A stretch of 64,000 bases of DNA, from contig CAVPOM010000007.1 in assembly GCA_963707025.1 (NCBI GenBank), positions 486,864-550,863 of the forward strand, given 5' to 3'. Below, piece by piece: positions 51,967-61,627 of the stretch. Position 1 is the first letter of the stretch. The number at the start of each line of letters is the position of its first letter. This DNA comes from an uncultured Verrucomicrobiae bacterium. GTDB lineage: Bacteria > Verrucomicrobiota > Verrucomicrobiia > Limisphaerales > Palsa-1400. A model generated the notes under the pieces. That model searched no databases. It worked only from the letters and a program-made list of their open reading frames with translations, and had not been told where the DNA came from. Position numbers and translations under genes: made by a program.

Positions 51967-53268
51967 TGAACATGGATGCTCTAAATCGGTGGCGGGTGGC
52001 AGCGTGGACTCTTGTTGCCAACTGGGTCGCGCGGCACCGGTTTGCAGTGGCCTATCTTATCGCTGTGCTAACTTGGCTGCCTCTCCTGCCATCGTTGTTT
52101 GACAAAGAAATGCTAGGAGACGTTCTCGATATACGAAAAGGATGCCAATAGCCTAATGCAGGGGCGGATGCCTTACCGCGATACACCGATGGCTTATCCC
52201 CCTTATGCCATCCCCATTTTTCTGTTGCCGCGAGTGTTCGGGGAGGACACCTACCTGGACGCCTTCAAGATGCTGGCCGTTTTGTGCGATATGTTGATTA
52301 GGGGAGGGCTGTTTTTGGTCGGAATACGACAAGCCAAGCCGTTGCGTTTCCTGCTGCCGCTTATCTGCTACTGCACCGCTGTGCCATTCCTCCGTTTTTT
52401 TTTCCTGCAACGGTTTGATCTTTGGCCGGCACTCATCAGTGTGGCAGCGTTGTGGCTGTTTTGCGCGGACAAATCCGGACGGTCTGGCCTAGCGATAGCC
52501 ATCGGCATCGGAGTAAAGGTTTATCCAGCCCTTTTTGTGCTGCCGCTTTTCATTTTGGCGTTACGCCAGAGGAAGGCACGGCGGTTTTCAGCCGGTTTGA
52601 TCGTCGGACTGTCGCCAATACTATTGCTGAGTTTTATTCTGCCATGGTGGCGTTTTGCCAAAATCCAGGGTGCCCGCGGGCTGCAATGTGAATCCCTCGC
52701 AGCCTCGCTGATATGGGGCTTAAAGCACCTCGGTTTGACAGATGCCTCGTGGGTGGATCTCACGTTGTGGACAGAGGTTCAAGGGACCATGGCGTCGGCA
52801 CTTCTGGAATGGGCCAGGGCGTTGTTCATCGCGACAGTGTTTTTTTCTGTCACAATAGCTTCCTGTGCGGTTGCCCGCTGCCAGAGACCGTCCATCGGGT
52901 GGGTGGCTCGATTGTTGCTCGGACCTTTACTCGCATTTGTGGCGTTCAATCAAGTCTTCAGTCCGCAGTTTATGATCTGGCTGCTGCCGCTTGCAGCGCT
53001 TGGGACTTTGGAAGGCAATCCGTGGGTCGTTCTAGGAATTCCGCTGGCGACCGCCTTGACGCCGGTCATTTTTCCTTCCCTGAGCGGAAATTACGGCAGA
53101 GGTTTAAATTCGTTGGAAACGATTGTTCTGGTCACGCGGAATCTTATTCTCGTGGCGGTTTGGTGGCTGCTGATCAAGGAACAATGGCGAATATGCCGGA
53201 ACGGACATCCGGAAAGAACTCAGGACGATGTTGATGCAAACAGCTCCGATGGCTCCGTACAAGCTTAA
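51966..53268 (+). CDS. GT87/DUF2029-like membrane glycosyltransferase, copy 2 (frameshift near 52135)
   Basis: Tandem paralogue of copy 1; 5' part in ORF 51858..52151 and remainder in 52156..53268. Confidence 0.8.
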
Positions 53269-53315
53269 CTGTATGATTTGACCTGACATTGATTATGGTG
53301 ATTCGCGAAAAGGAT

Positions 53316-54467
53316 ATGAAGTCCGGCGAGGCCAGAATGGCGACATTTGTGCTTCCGTGTTTGAACGAAGCGGAAACGTTGCGGGAATTCTTAATGGAGT
53401 GCAAAACGGTCTTTGCTAAGGATACAAACACGGCGTGGGCAATCCTTGTGGTGGACAATGGCTCGACTGATCGATCAACTCAAATTGCCCAAGAAGAAAA
53501 CGTCGCCCTGCTTCAGGTGCCCACAAAAGGATATGGTTTTTCTGTTCATTCCGGAATTCTCGCTACTAAATCAGAGTATGTGGTTTTCGCGGATGCTGAC
53601 GGAACTTATGCCCCCTCCGATGCGATCAGACTTCTTGAGGCGATCAGAAGTCATGGTGTGGATTTGGTAATTGGGTCCCGAATTCGTGGCACGATAGAAG
53701 CTGGCGCCATGCCGTGGCTCCACAGGCACATCGGAACCCCTGCGCTTTCGTTTCTCATTCGCAAATTATACGGGGTGCCGATCACTGACTGCAACTGCGG
53801 CATCCGTTGCGTCAGGCGGAGCTCCTATGAAAAATGGAACCTCTCCGGCCAGGGAATGGAATATGCGTCGGCCATGCTGATCCGCGCAGCAACGGCAGGC
53901 GCGAAGGTCATCGAAGTGCCCGTCACGTTGCGGCGTGGCAAGCCAAAGCGCGCTCCCCATCTCAAGACGTGGAGGGACGGGATGAGGCACTTGTTGACGA
54001 TTCTGGCCGGCGCGCCTGGAGTATTCTGGTATCCAGGATTGGCGCTTCTTGGGCTGTCCCTGGCCCTGGTGCTGCCGTCATTTTGGGGGCCTTTTTATGT
54101 TGTCGGCCACGTCCGTTTTTTTGGCCTGCACACGGAAGCCATTTCGATTGTAATCGGCTTTTATGGGGCTGCATTTTTGAGTTTGGCCCTTTCCCTTTAC
54201 GCCCAGGCACCGAAGCTCAAAGCAATGCCCAAGCTTGCTGCATCGCTGACACTGTTGAGGGAGGATATTTTGTTTTGGGGACTGATGGGATTCTTCGGCG
54301 CGTTCGTAACAGGCGGAGGGTTCGCACTATGGCAATGGTCCAAAGTTCATTATTCGGACTTCGATTTTTTGAAATTTACGCTCGGCATGATCTATTTCAC
54401 ATTGATACCCGCAACAATCGCTTTGGGCGTTTTCCAAACTCATTTGCACAAACGAGCGCTGCTTTAA
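53316..54467 (+). CDS. GT2 polyprenol-phosphate glycosyltransferase (DPM1/GtrB-like)
   Basis: VLPCLNEA, VVDNGSTD, ADADGTY, LVIGSR, TWRDG and C-terminal TMs. Confidence 0.9.
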   Translation: MKSGEARMATFVLPCLNEAETLREFLMECKTVFAKDTNTAWAILVVDNGSTDRSTQIAQEENVALLQVPTKGYGFSVHSGILATKSEYVVFADADGTYAPSDAIRLLEAIRSHGVDLVIGSRIRGTIEAGAMPWLHRHIGTPALSFLIRKLYGVPITDCNCGIRCVRRSSYEKWNLSGQGMEYASAMLIRAATAGAKVIEVPVTLRRGKPKRAPHLKTWRDGMRHLLTILAGAPGVFWYPGLALLGLSLALVLPSFWGPFYVVGHVRFFGLHTEAISIVIGFYGAAFLSLALSLYAQAPKLKAMPKLAASLTLLREDILFWGLMGFFGAFVTGGGFALWQWSKVHYSDFDFLKFTLGMIYFTLIPATIALGVFQTHLHKRALL

Positions 54468-54511
54468 TATCAATGTCTAGTCTGCGGCCTGTTGTCGAAA
54501 ACGACGCGAAG

Positions 54512-55963
54512 TTATGAGCGCAAAAGTAACTTTAACGGATACAACGAAGTGTGGTGCCATATATCATCGGCCGGGAGGATTGCTGCTGTAATTGCAATCA
54601 CAACCGAAATCTCGATCAAAACAATCAAAAGCAACTGCATCAAGGTTGGCATGATGTCCCAGTACCGTTTGACGCCTGCACCAAAAGCAAGAGACAGCCA
54701 AGGAAGATAAGGCACCCAGTAGCGCGGGCCATAACAAAACTGACCAGTGTAAGGAAGGATCATATAAACCGCCGCCACCGGTAAAATGCCGCCGGCCACC
54801 ATTTTTAACATCATTTGTTGGTTGGGTGCCTCTGGATTGTGACGCAAGAAAGCGAGAGCCAAGAAACAGAATGCAGCGAGCGACCACGGCAGAAAGAGCA
54901 GGACGCCTGTTTCTGGCTCAAGGAAGGTGCGCCATACACGGGACAAGTCGAACCCAAATCCCGTGTCGCGGATTGATGCGTGGCCGAGCAGCAGGTGGTT
55001 AAAGAGACTGGTGAGGACAATCGAAATCACGCTCGCCACCGCAAAAAGCCCTGCTTCACGCCGCTTTTTGCAGAGGAAAAGCAACAGAATCCATGCGGGA
55101 AAAATCAATACGAATGCTTCGGACTGCATCGCCGCAACGGCAAGGAAGAGAGCCGAAATCAAAAACAAGTTATCCAGCAGCGCCCACAGTGCCACCAGCA
55201 GCAGAAGTCCCATAAAGGTGGCCGGGAACAACTGATGGGAATACACCAGCCACGGACTGGCGAAATAAAGTAGCGCGGTCACCGACAAGGCGCATCTCGA
55301 TCCCAAGCCAATCTTGAGGGCGCACAGGTAAGTAAAAATGCCGGTCAGCCAAGAGAGAAATATTTGCGCGTAAATGGCCCGTGTCTCCAATTTATCCGCG
55401 GTACTGCCAAAGACTCTGAGGATCAACGCCAAGGCTCCCGGGTAGGGGACAGGGTGTTTCGGCAATTCCCTGTAATTTGTGTTTGTTGGGGTGTAATCGG
55501 GGAATTGAGTGCTAATGCGTTTGAATCCGACATAGGCAGGATTTGTGAATGCGCGACCCAACGGTTTGGACATGTCAAACACCTGCTCCCACAGCCGGCT
55601 TTCTCCGGTTCGCGAATCCTGGATCAGCGTGTGATGGTCGAGGCGGCTTCCTTTGAATCGGCGGCCGGCGTTCGCGTGACCGAGCGAAACGTCGCGATAG
55701 TTATTGCGAAGATCAATGTCCCCGTCCAACAGCATGCTGGAAATGATAATTAAATAATGCGGCTCGTCACCGCTGAAAACTTCCGGCTCGCTGGATTTCC
55801 ATCGCATCTGATTTGGATTATAAAAGTGTGTCGAGAAAAAGAATAAAACAAACAGCGACGCGGAAAAGAACGCCATCGCAGGCCAGGCATGGAACTGCCT
55901 CGTGTTCAAGGCAGTGCGAACTGAATCCAAGAGCTTCAAAACGCGAAAAATGCTTGTTGACAT
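54512..55963 (-). CDS. GT-C-like multi-pass membrane protein
   Basis: SGDEPHYL...DGDIDLRNNY and YGPRYWVP. Confidence 0.7.
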   Translation of the reverse strand: MSTSIFRVLKLLDSVRTALNTRQFHAWPAMAFFSASLFVLFFFSTHFYNPNQMRWKSSEPEVFSGDEPHYLIIISSMLLDGDIDLRNNYRDVSLGHANAGRRFKGSRLDHHTLIQDSRTGESRLWEQVFDMSKPLGRAFTNPAYVGFKRISTQFPDYTPTNTNYRELPKHPVPYPGALALILRVFGSTADKLETRAIYAQIFLSWLTGIFTYLCALKIGLGSRCALSVTALLYFASPWLVYSHQLFPATFMGLLLLVALWALLDNLFLISALFLAVAAMQSEAFVLIFPAWILLLFLCKKRREAGLFAVASVISIVLTSLFNHLLLGHASIRDTGFGFDLSRVWRTFLEPETGVLLFLPWSLAAFCFLALAFLRHNPEAPNQQMMLKMVAGGILPVAAVYMILPYTGQFCYGPRYWVPYLPWLSLAFGAGVKRYWDIMPTLMQLLLIVLIEISVVIAITAAILPADDIWHHTSLYPLKLLLRS

Positions 55964-56510
55964 TTTTTCATCATTTACCCCGCTTCATAGATATTCAACA
56001 GATTGCGTGGCTTGCGCAAGGAGATTCATCGGTGAATTTGCGAAAAAGAGCGAGAATTTTGGGATGGAAGAGGTCGGCTGGCCTCTGACGTTCTCCGGTT
56101 GGTTGAGGGGGACCGTCGGTCGTACCACGGCACGCTTCCGAGGCGCGGTTTTTGGTTGGAAAAGGGTGGCCGGAGTTTGTCATGGTTGCCGGCATGACCA
56201 TCGCGAATTTGGCAAAACGATCTGCGCGCCCCATTACAAAAGGGGGTGACGACTCGGCATTTGAGCCGGGAATTTGGTTCCGCATGCGCTTCATCGCCTC
56301 CATCGAGGGAGGAACAACCAGAGCGGCACGGCATGGCGCTGCACCGGCAGCCTGGGCTTGCATGTTTTGCAAACGTCGGAAGAATCAAATTAATTGAACA
56401 ATCCGGCAGGCGATGCCGTCGAATAAAATAATGGTAAAGCAAGATTGAAGTTTTCGCGTGCGAGCGTATTATTCTGCTTTGACCGCGCGACACTAACAAG
56501 CTGAAACCAA

Positions 56511-57242
56511 ATGCATTTCTCGGCTGACACCAGAAAGCGCATGAAGCACGGCGCTCCCGCCCGCGGCTTCACCCTGATCGAATTGCTGGTCGTCATCGCC
56601 ATCATCGCCATTCTGGCCGCGCTGTTGCTGCCGGCTTTGAGCAGTGCCAAGGACACGGCCGTGCGCACCACAGACGTCAATAATATAAAGCAGATGGTCT
56701 TGGCCCTGGACATGTATGGCAACGACAATCAGGACAACTCCCCCTGGTCCAACTGGCTGGCTGGCGATGCCACCAACCGCCAAGGGTGGCTTTACACCAT
56801 CAATCCCCAGGCCTTGGGAACCGCTCAGTTCGACCCCCGCACCGGCGCGTTGTGGCCGATCCTGCAAAACAGCAACATGTATTTCTGCCCGCGTGATAAA
56901 CTCACCCCGTCCTTTAAGCTGCGGGGCCAGCAATGCTCCACTTACGTCATGAACGGAGCGATCAACGGCTATAACCTGGACATTTATCCTCCTATCAAAT
57001 TAAACCAGATGCCGCCACGCGGCATTGTCTTTTGGGAGCCGGACGAAAATGACATCAACAATTTTAATGACGGTGCCAGCAGCCCGAATGAGGGCCTGAC
57101 CGCCCGGCATTTACAGGGTGGCGTTTATGGGGAGTTCGATGGCGCGGCAGCCTTCATGGAACGGAGCCTTTGGAACAACGGCTGTGCCCAGTCCACCGCA
57201 AACCAGTTTTGGTGTTACCCGGACAGCCCCAATGGACGGTAA
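56511..57242 (+). CDS. Prepilin-type N-terminal cleavage/methylation domain protein (PVC-type)
   Basis: [31 protein letters not shown]...FDG C-terminal motif. Confidence 0.95.
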   Translation: MHFSADTRKRMKHGAPARGFTLIELLVVIAIIAILAALLLPALSSAKDTAVRTTDVNNIKQMVLALDMYGNDNQDNSPWSNWLAGDATNRQGWLYTINPQALGTAQFDPRTGALWPILQNSNMYFCPRDKLTPSFKLRGQQCSTYVMNGAINGYNLDIYPPIKLNQMPPRGIVFWEPDENDINNFNDGASSPNEGLTARHLQGGVYGEFDGAAAFMERSLWNNGCAQSTANQFWCYPDSPNGR

Positions 57243-57501
57243 AACGGCAGCCGCAATCTCCGGCGTTGTGAAGCGGAAGGTACTGCGGGGTAGGGGCCGC
57301 GTCTGAACAACGGTTTCAGCGGTCATGCTGCGTCAGATTGTTGCCGCATTTTGACGTTTTCATTGGGTTTTCTTCGTAAGTCGTTGGTTCTCAATGCCAT
57401 ATCTATTTCCATAAATCTCTTCGCATGGACAGCCAATGTCCAACTGGTTTTGGCAAGATTGCGGCAGGATTGGGAAATTGAGCGAAGAGAAAGAAAAAAA
57501 C

Positions 57502-58773
57502 ATGGCGACATTGGGCTGCAAGAGGTTTACGAAGCTGCATTTTTTAAAGGGAGTTGGCCGGAAATTGGTGGCCCGGTTTTTTGAGCGGTTCAGGGGCGAA
57601 CTGGCAGAGAAGAAGGTGGACCTGCCGAAAGGGGATTTGCCTGACGATGAATACTTCGGCGGGCTGTCCAAGATGTTGTTGTCGCCGGTAGGGTTGCCAG
57701 GCGAATTGTGCGAGGCGCTGTTTACGATTGATGAGATGGCGGATGATGCCGGGCAGGAAGGGCTGCAAAAGGCGGTGGCGCAGAGCAAACTGGAGGTGAA
57801 TTTTGAGGTCGAGTCGTCGCACGGTGATGTGGCGATGCAGGTTTGGCTTGCGAGACCGGAGTTGTTGGCGGCAAAGCACAATGGGCAGCAGTTGCGGCGT
57901 TTGTCCTCGTTTGAGTACTTCGGGGCAAAGTTGGCTGAAAACAAGGGGAAGCCATTTGCCACGCCTGGGAATGAAGCAATGAAGGGATTGCGGGCGGACC
58001 TGGATGGCTGGTTTGCGAGCCATAACCGGGGCCATGAAACGACCCAGATCAGCCATTATGAGATTGACGGCGAGTGGTGGTTTGTCATCAGGCATGGGGA
58101 CACGTTGTTGCGCACTGCGAAAGTCGAAAGGCAGGAGACAACGCTGTTCCAGTTTCGCCCGGTGAAGGATGACGTGGTCGTGTTTTCTCCTGGGCATGAG
58201 GAGATTCGGATTCAAGCGGCGACAGAGGGAGAGAAGGAACTTTACCGGCGGGAGTTTGGCGTCTGGTTGCGCGGGGATGGCAAATACTTTTCGGAGCGGA
58301 ATGCTTTTACGCTTGAACCGTTGCGTTTGGATGGAGCGGGCGCATTGGAGTGGAAGGGCAATGGAGACGTTGATCGAATCGTTTTGCGCGAATTTGAAAT
58401 CGCCTGGGGTGGCGGCCGTGACGAGGTCCTGATTCGGAAGGCGGAGGATATTTTTGCGGCCGCAGGGGCGAGGGGAGAGGAAGCATTGCCCGATGGGGGC
58501 AGATTGGTGAGGGCGGCGTTCGATTTCTATTTTGTGGGCATGGGCAAGCCGCGCAAGGTGCAGGTGCGTCCGCCGAACATTCTCAAGCTGGGCCGTCGTT
58601 GCGATGCGGCGGTGGTGCAAAAGTGGCTGTCCGAAAAACGCTTCCGGGAAACGGTAACGGCGGGGAATGCAGGGGTGGGACCTTTTGCGGAGCATATTCT
58701 CTGCGCGACTTCGCCGCTGGCGGTTCTCCAAACGGCTGACCTGGCGCAAGCGGCAACGGAGGGCAAAGAATAA
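57502..58773 (+). CDS. Conserved-looking hypothetical protein of mobile elements
   Basis: Long clean ORF (WFVIRHGD, FRPVKDDVVVF, FTLEPL) coupled to the next gene. Confidence 0.7.
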   Translation: MATLGCKRFTKLHFLKGVGRKLVARFFERFRGELAEKKVDLPKGDLPDDEYFGGLSKMLLSPVGLPGELCEALFTIDEMADDAGQEGLQKAVAQSKLEVNFEVESSHGDVAMQVWLARPELLAAKHNGQQLRRLSSFEYFGAKLAENKGKPFATPGNEAMKGLRADLDGWFASHNRGHETTQISHYEIDGEWWFVIRHGDTLLRTAKVERQETTLFQFRPVKDDVVVFSPGHEEIRIQAATEGEKELYRREFGVWLRGDGKYFSERNAFTLEPLRLDGAGALEWKGNGDVDRIVLREFEIAWGGGRDEVLIRKAEDIFAAAGARGEEALPDGGRLVRAAFDFYFVGMGKPRKVQVRPPNILKLGRRCDAAVVQKWLSEKRFRETVTAGNAGVGPFAEHILCATSPLAVLQTADLAQAATEGKE

Positions 58774-58776
58774 GGG

Positions 58777-59766
58777 GTGTCAGGCATGTGGCAGTGTCTG
58801 GATAATATTCACGGGCTGGCCGGCGTACCGGCGCTCTGGCGAAGCTGGCTGGGCGGCGACTTCGCCGCCTTTGAGCGTGCATTCCTGGAGAGGAGGGCAG
58901 AACCGGCCAAGTCATACCCGTGTCCGCGCCAGTGCGGTTGCGCGCATGATCTGGTCCGGGGTGCTGATGGTTCTTTCGTCGCGGTCTGCACTTGTGATCC
59001 TTGGAACTGTGACGACTTCGGCGTGGCGCGGGCTGAGGCTGTGCTGCTGGAACTGAAGTGGTCGCGGCTGGGTCGGGCGATCTGCAAGGCGTTTGAATGT
59101 GATTTCCGGGAAACGGATTTGCATGTGCCCCTCACCCGGCAGATTGGCTCAAAGTTTGCCAATGCGGTGCCCGTGGTGCTGACGATTCAAGATGAGCGGG
59201 AAGAGTTTCGGCAGGCGGTGGCGGGTGTGGTGGCGCAACTTGGCAGGCCGTTCATTCTGCTGGGACCGACAAGCCGGTTCCTGGATGCAAACAGCATCGG
59301 ACTTTTGCACGGCGCGCGGGCGGAGTTTTTCGATTTGGCCTCGCATGTCACCATGTTGCCGGGCGGGCTGCTGCAAGCGCGGAAGAGCGGCGGGGAGTTG
59401 TTCTCGCGGTTTTTGCCGCAGACAAGCGAACCGGCGAGCGATGATGAGGCCCGGCGGTTGTTCGCATTGATGGAGGCCCTGGAATCCGAATCAAACTATC
59501 GCAAAGCGCCGGTGACGCGGGTTTTCCAGCTTTACTGCAAGGACGGGCTTTCTCGCGAAGAAGTGGCCCGGCAGTGTCATTGCGTGCCGTCACTGATTAC
59601 GGTTCGATTGCAGGCGATTGAACGCAAGCTCGGTCGCAAACCGGCTGAACTGCGGCAATTCTCCTCCCAATTCGAGCGCATAGCCGATTCGCTTTCGGAT
59701 TACCGCGCGGCGCATATCCATCGCAAGAGCGCGATGGAGGATTCCGATTCTGACAGCGAAGATTGA
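58777..59766 (+). CDS. Zn-binding, C-terminal HTH regulator-like protein
   Basis: CPRQCGCAH...CTC...C; C-terminal GLSREEVARQCHCVPSLITVRLQAIERKLG (sigma region 4-like). Confidence 0.65.
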   Translation: MSGMWQCLDNIHGLAGVPALWRSWLGGDFAAFERAFLERRAEPAKSYPCPRQCGCAHDLVRGADGSFVAVCTCDPWNCDDFGVARAEAVLLELKWSRLGRAICKAFECDFRETDLHVPLTRQIGSKFANAVPVVLTIQDEREEFRQAVAGVVAQLGRPFILLGPTSRFLDANSIGLLHGARAEFFDLASHVTMLPGGLLQARKSGGELFSRFLPQTSEPASDDEARRLFALMEALESESNYRKAPVTRVFQLYCKDGLSREEVARQCHCVPSLITVRLQAIERKLGRKPAELRQFSSQFERIADSLSDYRAAHIHRKSAMEDSDSDSED

Positions 59767-59870
59767 CCTCATTTTGACCCCATTTTGACTTTATTTTGAC
59801 CTGGTCAAAATGTCTCAAACGCCCCTATTGACGGGCGTTTTTTCGTTTCCGCAGCCTTACCTTTTGACCC
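59762..59870. repeat. ATTTTGAC phased repeats
   Basis: Copies at 59771, 59782 and 59793 (11-bp period), partial at 59762, inverted GGTCAAAAT at 59803, and another near 59861. Confidence 0.75.
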
Positions 59871-60024
59871 CCCTACGGTTCATAGAGGCCATTCGCATGA
59901 GACGGGAGCGGGAGGGGCGGGCGGGGATTGAGAGACTGGCGAATGCGAGGGGCAACAAAACCGATTTCCGGCCCGTATGTGCGGGTCGGGGAAGAGAACC
60001 AATAACAATGAAACGAAGGATAGT

Positions 60025-60312
60025 ATGATAATGACACTGATCGTGTTCAAGGAGGTCCACAATACGTGGCCGGCCAAGAACGGAAAACCAGCGGGCGAAT
60101 CCTATGATTTGCTCTGCATGGACCAAAGCAACCCGCCGGAGCATCGCATGGAAGAGATGCTCTATTACCGGACCAAGGAGGAGGAGCGTCCCAGGGTTTG
60201 GGGCAAGTCGGTAGGCACCACCATCCAGGTGGGCGTGTCCAAAATCCGGCACGGCGAAAACGGCGGCAAGGCCACCCTGCTGGGTTCCATCATCGTCGAA
60301 GCCAAAAAGTAA
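60025..60312 (+). CDS. Putative ssDNA-binding protein (pV-like OB fold)
   Basis: 95 aa, beta-strand pattern with KNGKPAGESY loop, GAAGGA RBS, adjacent to Rep. Confidence 0.6.
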   Translation: MIMTLIVFKEVHNTWPAKNGKPAGESYDLLCMDQSNPPEHRMEEMLYYRTKEEERPRVWGKSVGTTIQVGVSKIRHGENGGKATLLGSIIVEAKK

Positions 60313-60318
60313 GGGCTT

Positions 60319-60978
60319 ATGGCAACGAAAAATCCCCGGAGAGACAGAGACTGGCGCGAACCGATTCGCCGCTCCGAGGTCGCCACAGACTTTGGCATCA
60401 CACTGGCTCGAATCCAGTGGGACTTTTTTGCAACCCCGACCTTCGTGGGCACCGTGCCCAAACCTCAAATTGCGTATGGTCTTGCGTTTCGCTGGTTGCA
60501 GGAATTGGCCCGGGTCTGCGGTCGTCCCTACAATCGCCTTCTCATTGCACTGCGTGGTGAAGAGGGCGAAGAAAAAGGGCGTTTCCACTTCCACTGTCTG
60601 GTGGGGGGAACTCTTACGCGCAACTATCACACGCTGCTTCACCAGGCGGAATGGCTTTGGAAGCGCCAGTCTGGCGGGGCGCGTGTAGATGTTCGGCAAT
60701 ATGACCGCTCACTCGCCGGAGCGGACTACGTGTGCAAGTGCCTTGGGGCCAATGCCTACGAACTGAATAAGTACAGTTTTGCCAACTCCGTGACGCTTTC
60801 CGCTTCTGTTATCCGTTTGATAGCGGGTATTGACGCGAGTGGGGAAAGACGCGGCGGCGGTGGACACATGAGAAAACAGGATGGTGCGAGGGCGGTTGGC
60901 GAAGGCGCTGGCCGGGACACGCTTTGCGATGAGACATCCTCCCTGAATGCGGGCAGTCCGGCATCCGCCACGGCCTAA
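60319..60978 (+). CDS. HUH rolling-circle replication initiator
   Basis: Motif I WDFFATPTF, motif II GRFHFHCLV and motif III ADYVCK. Confidence 0.85.
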   Translation: MATKNPRRDRDWREPIRRSEVATDFGITLARIQWDFFATPTFVGTVPKPQIAYGLAFRWLQELARVCGRPYNRLLIALRGEEGEEKGRFHFHCLVGGTLTRNYHTLLHQAEWLWKRQSGGARVDVRQYDRSLAGADYVCKCLGANAYELNKYSFANSVTLSASVIRLIAGIDASGERRGGGGHMRKQDGARAVGEGAGRDTLCDETSSLNAGSPASATA

Positions 60979-61086
60979 GAGCTCCTTGTGAGCCACGGTG
61001 TGGGACGGAGCGGCGAAAATCCGCCATCAGATGTCAGGGATAAAATGCCAAAGCTATTGTGGCGCGTGTCAAAGTTACAATGGATT

Positions 61087-61129
61087 CCTTACCAAGGGGG
61101 GCGGCCTTCAGGCCGCCCCCCTGGTAAGG
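61087..61129. other. 19-bp GC-rich hairpin (candidate origin or packaging signal)
   Basis: CCTTACCA-A-GGGGGGCGGCC TTCA GGCCGCCCCCC-TGGTAAGG. Confidence 0.7.
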
Positions 61130-61253
61130 CTCCTTGTAGAAACCTTCTGCCCTGATGGGGAAGGGATTGGAAGAGGGATTTCCAAGGGTTCGTGGTTCGC
61201 GTTTGCGGGCTGTTCACTTGGGGAAAAACAATGAAGTGAAAGGATAAGTAAGT

Positions 61254-61466
61254 ATGAAAAAGATGAAGTTGATTCTGTGCCTCCTGGCGGTTCTGGTTAT
61301 CAGTCTGAATTCGGCTCTGGCTGACGGGGGTTATACTCCGGTGTTTGCTGACCCGTCCACCATCACGGCGGCGGCAACGACCGCGTTCACGGCAATCGCG
61401 ACCTTCATGGTCGGCGTGTTGGGCTTCTGGGTGATCTTCCGTCTGGTGAAGAAAATCCGCGGCTGA
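61254..61466 (+). CDS. Inovirus-type major coat protein (pVIII-like)
   Basis: 23-aa signal (ALA/D); 47-aa mature protein with acidic N-terminus, Ala/Thr helix, TM and basic RLVKKIRG end. Confidence 0.85.
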   Translation: MKKMKLILCLLAVLVISLNSALADGGYTPVFADPSTITAAATTAFTAIATFMVGVLGFWVIFRLVKKIRG

Positions 61467-61552
61467 TTTGTAGTGATCCTGCAAACGTCGGGGGCCGGTC
61501 ATGGGCCGATGAAAAGGGTGGCTGGCTCCCGATAGCCTCACAAAAAGGATTT

Positions 61553-61624
61553 ATGCCTCAACTAATTTGCTTCTGTGCCGGCATGGCCATCCCCCTGGCT
61601 CTGTTCTGGCTGTTCAAATGGTGA
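61553..61624 (+). CDS. 23-aa hydrophobic micro-ORF (pVII/pIX-like)
   Basis: AAGGA RBS; MPQLICFCAGMAIPLALFWLFKW; stop 3 nt before the next ATG. Confidence 0.55.
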   Translation: MPQLICFCAGMAIPLALFWLFKW

Positions 61625-61627
61625 TTT

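Noticed and set aside
55995..56499. Short ORFs between the GT-C gene and the prepilin gene
   Set aside because: No recognisable motifs; probably a divergent promoter region.
57544..58749. Long antisense ORFs (also 38223..39539 and 14518..15294)
   Set aside because: Shadow ORFs opposite well-supported GC-rich genes, with no motifs.
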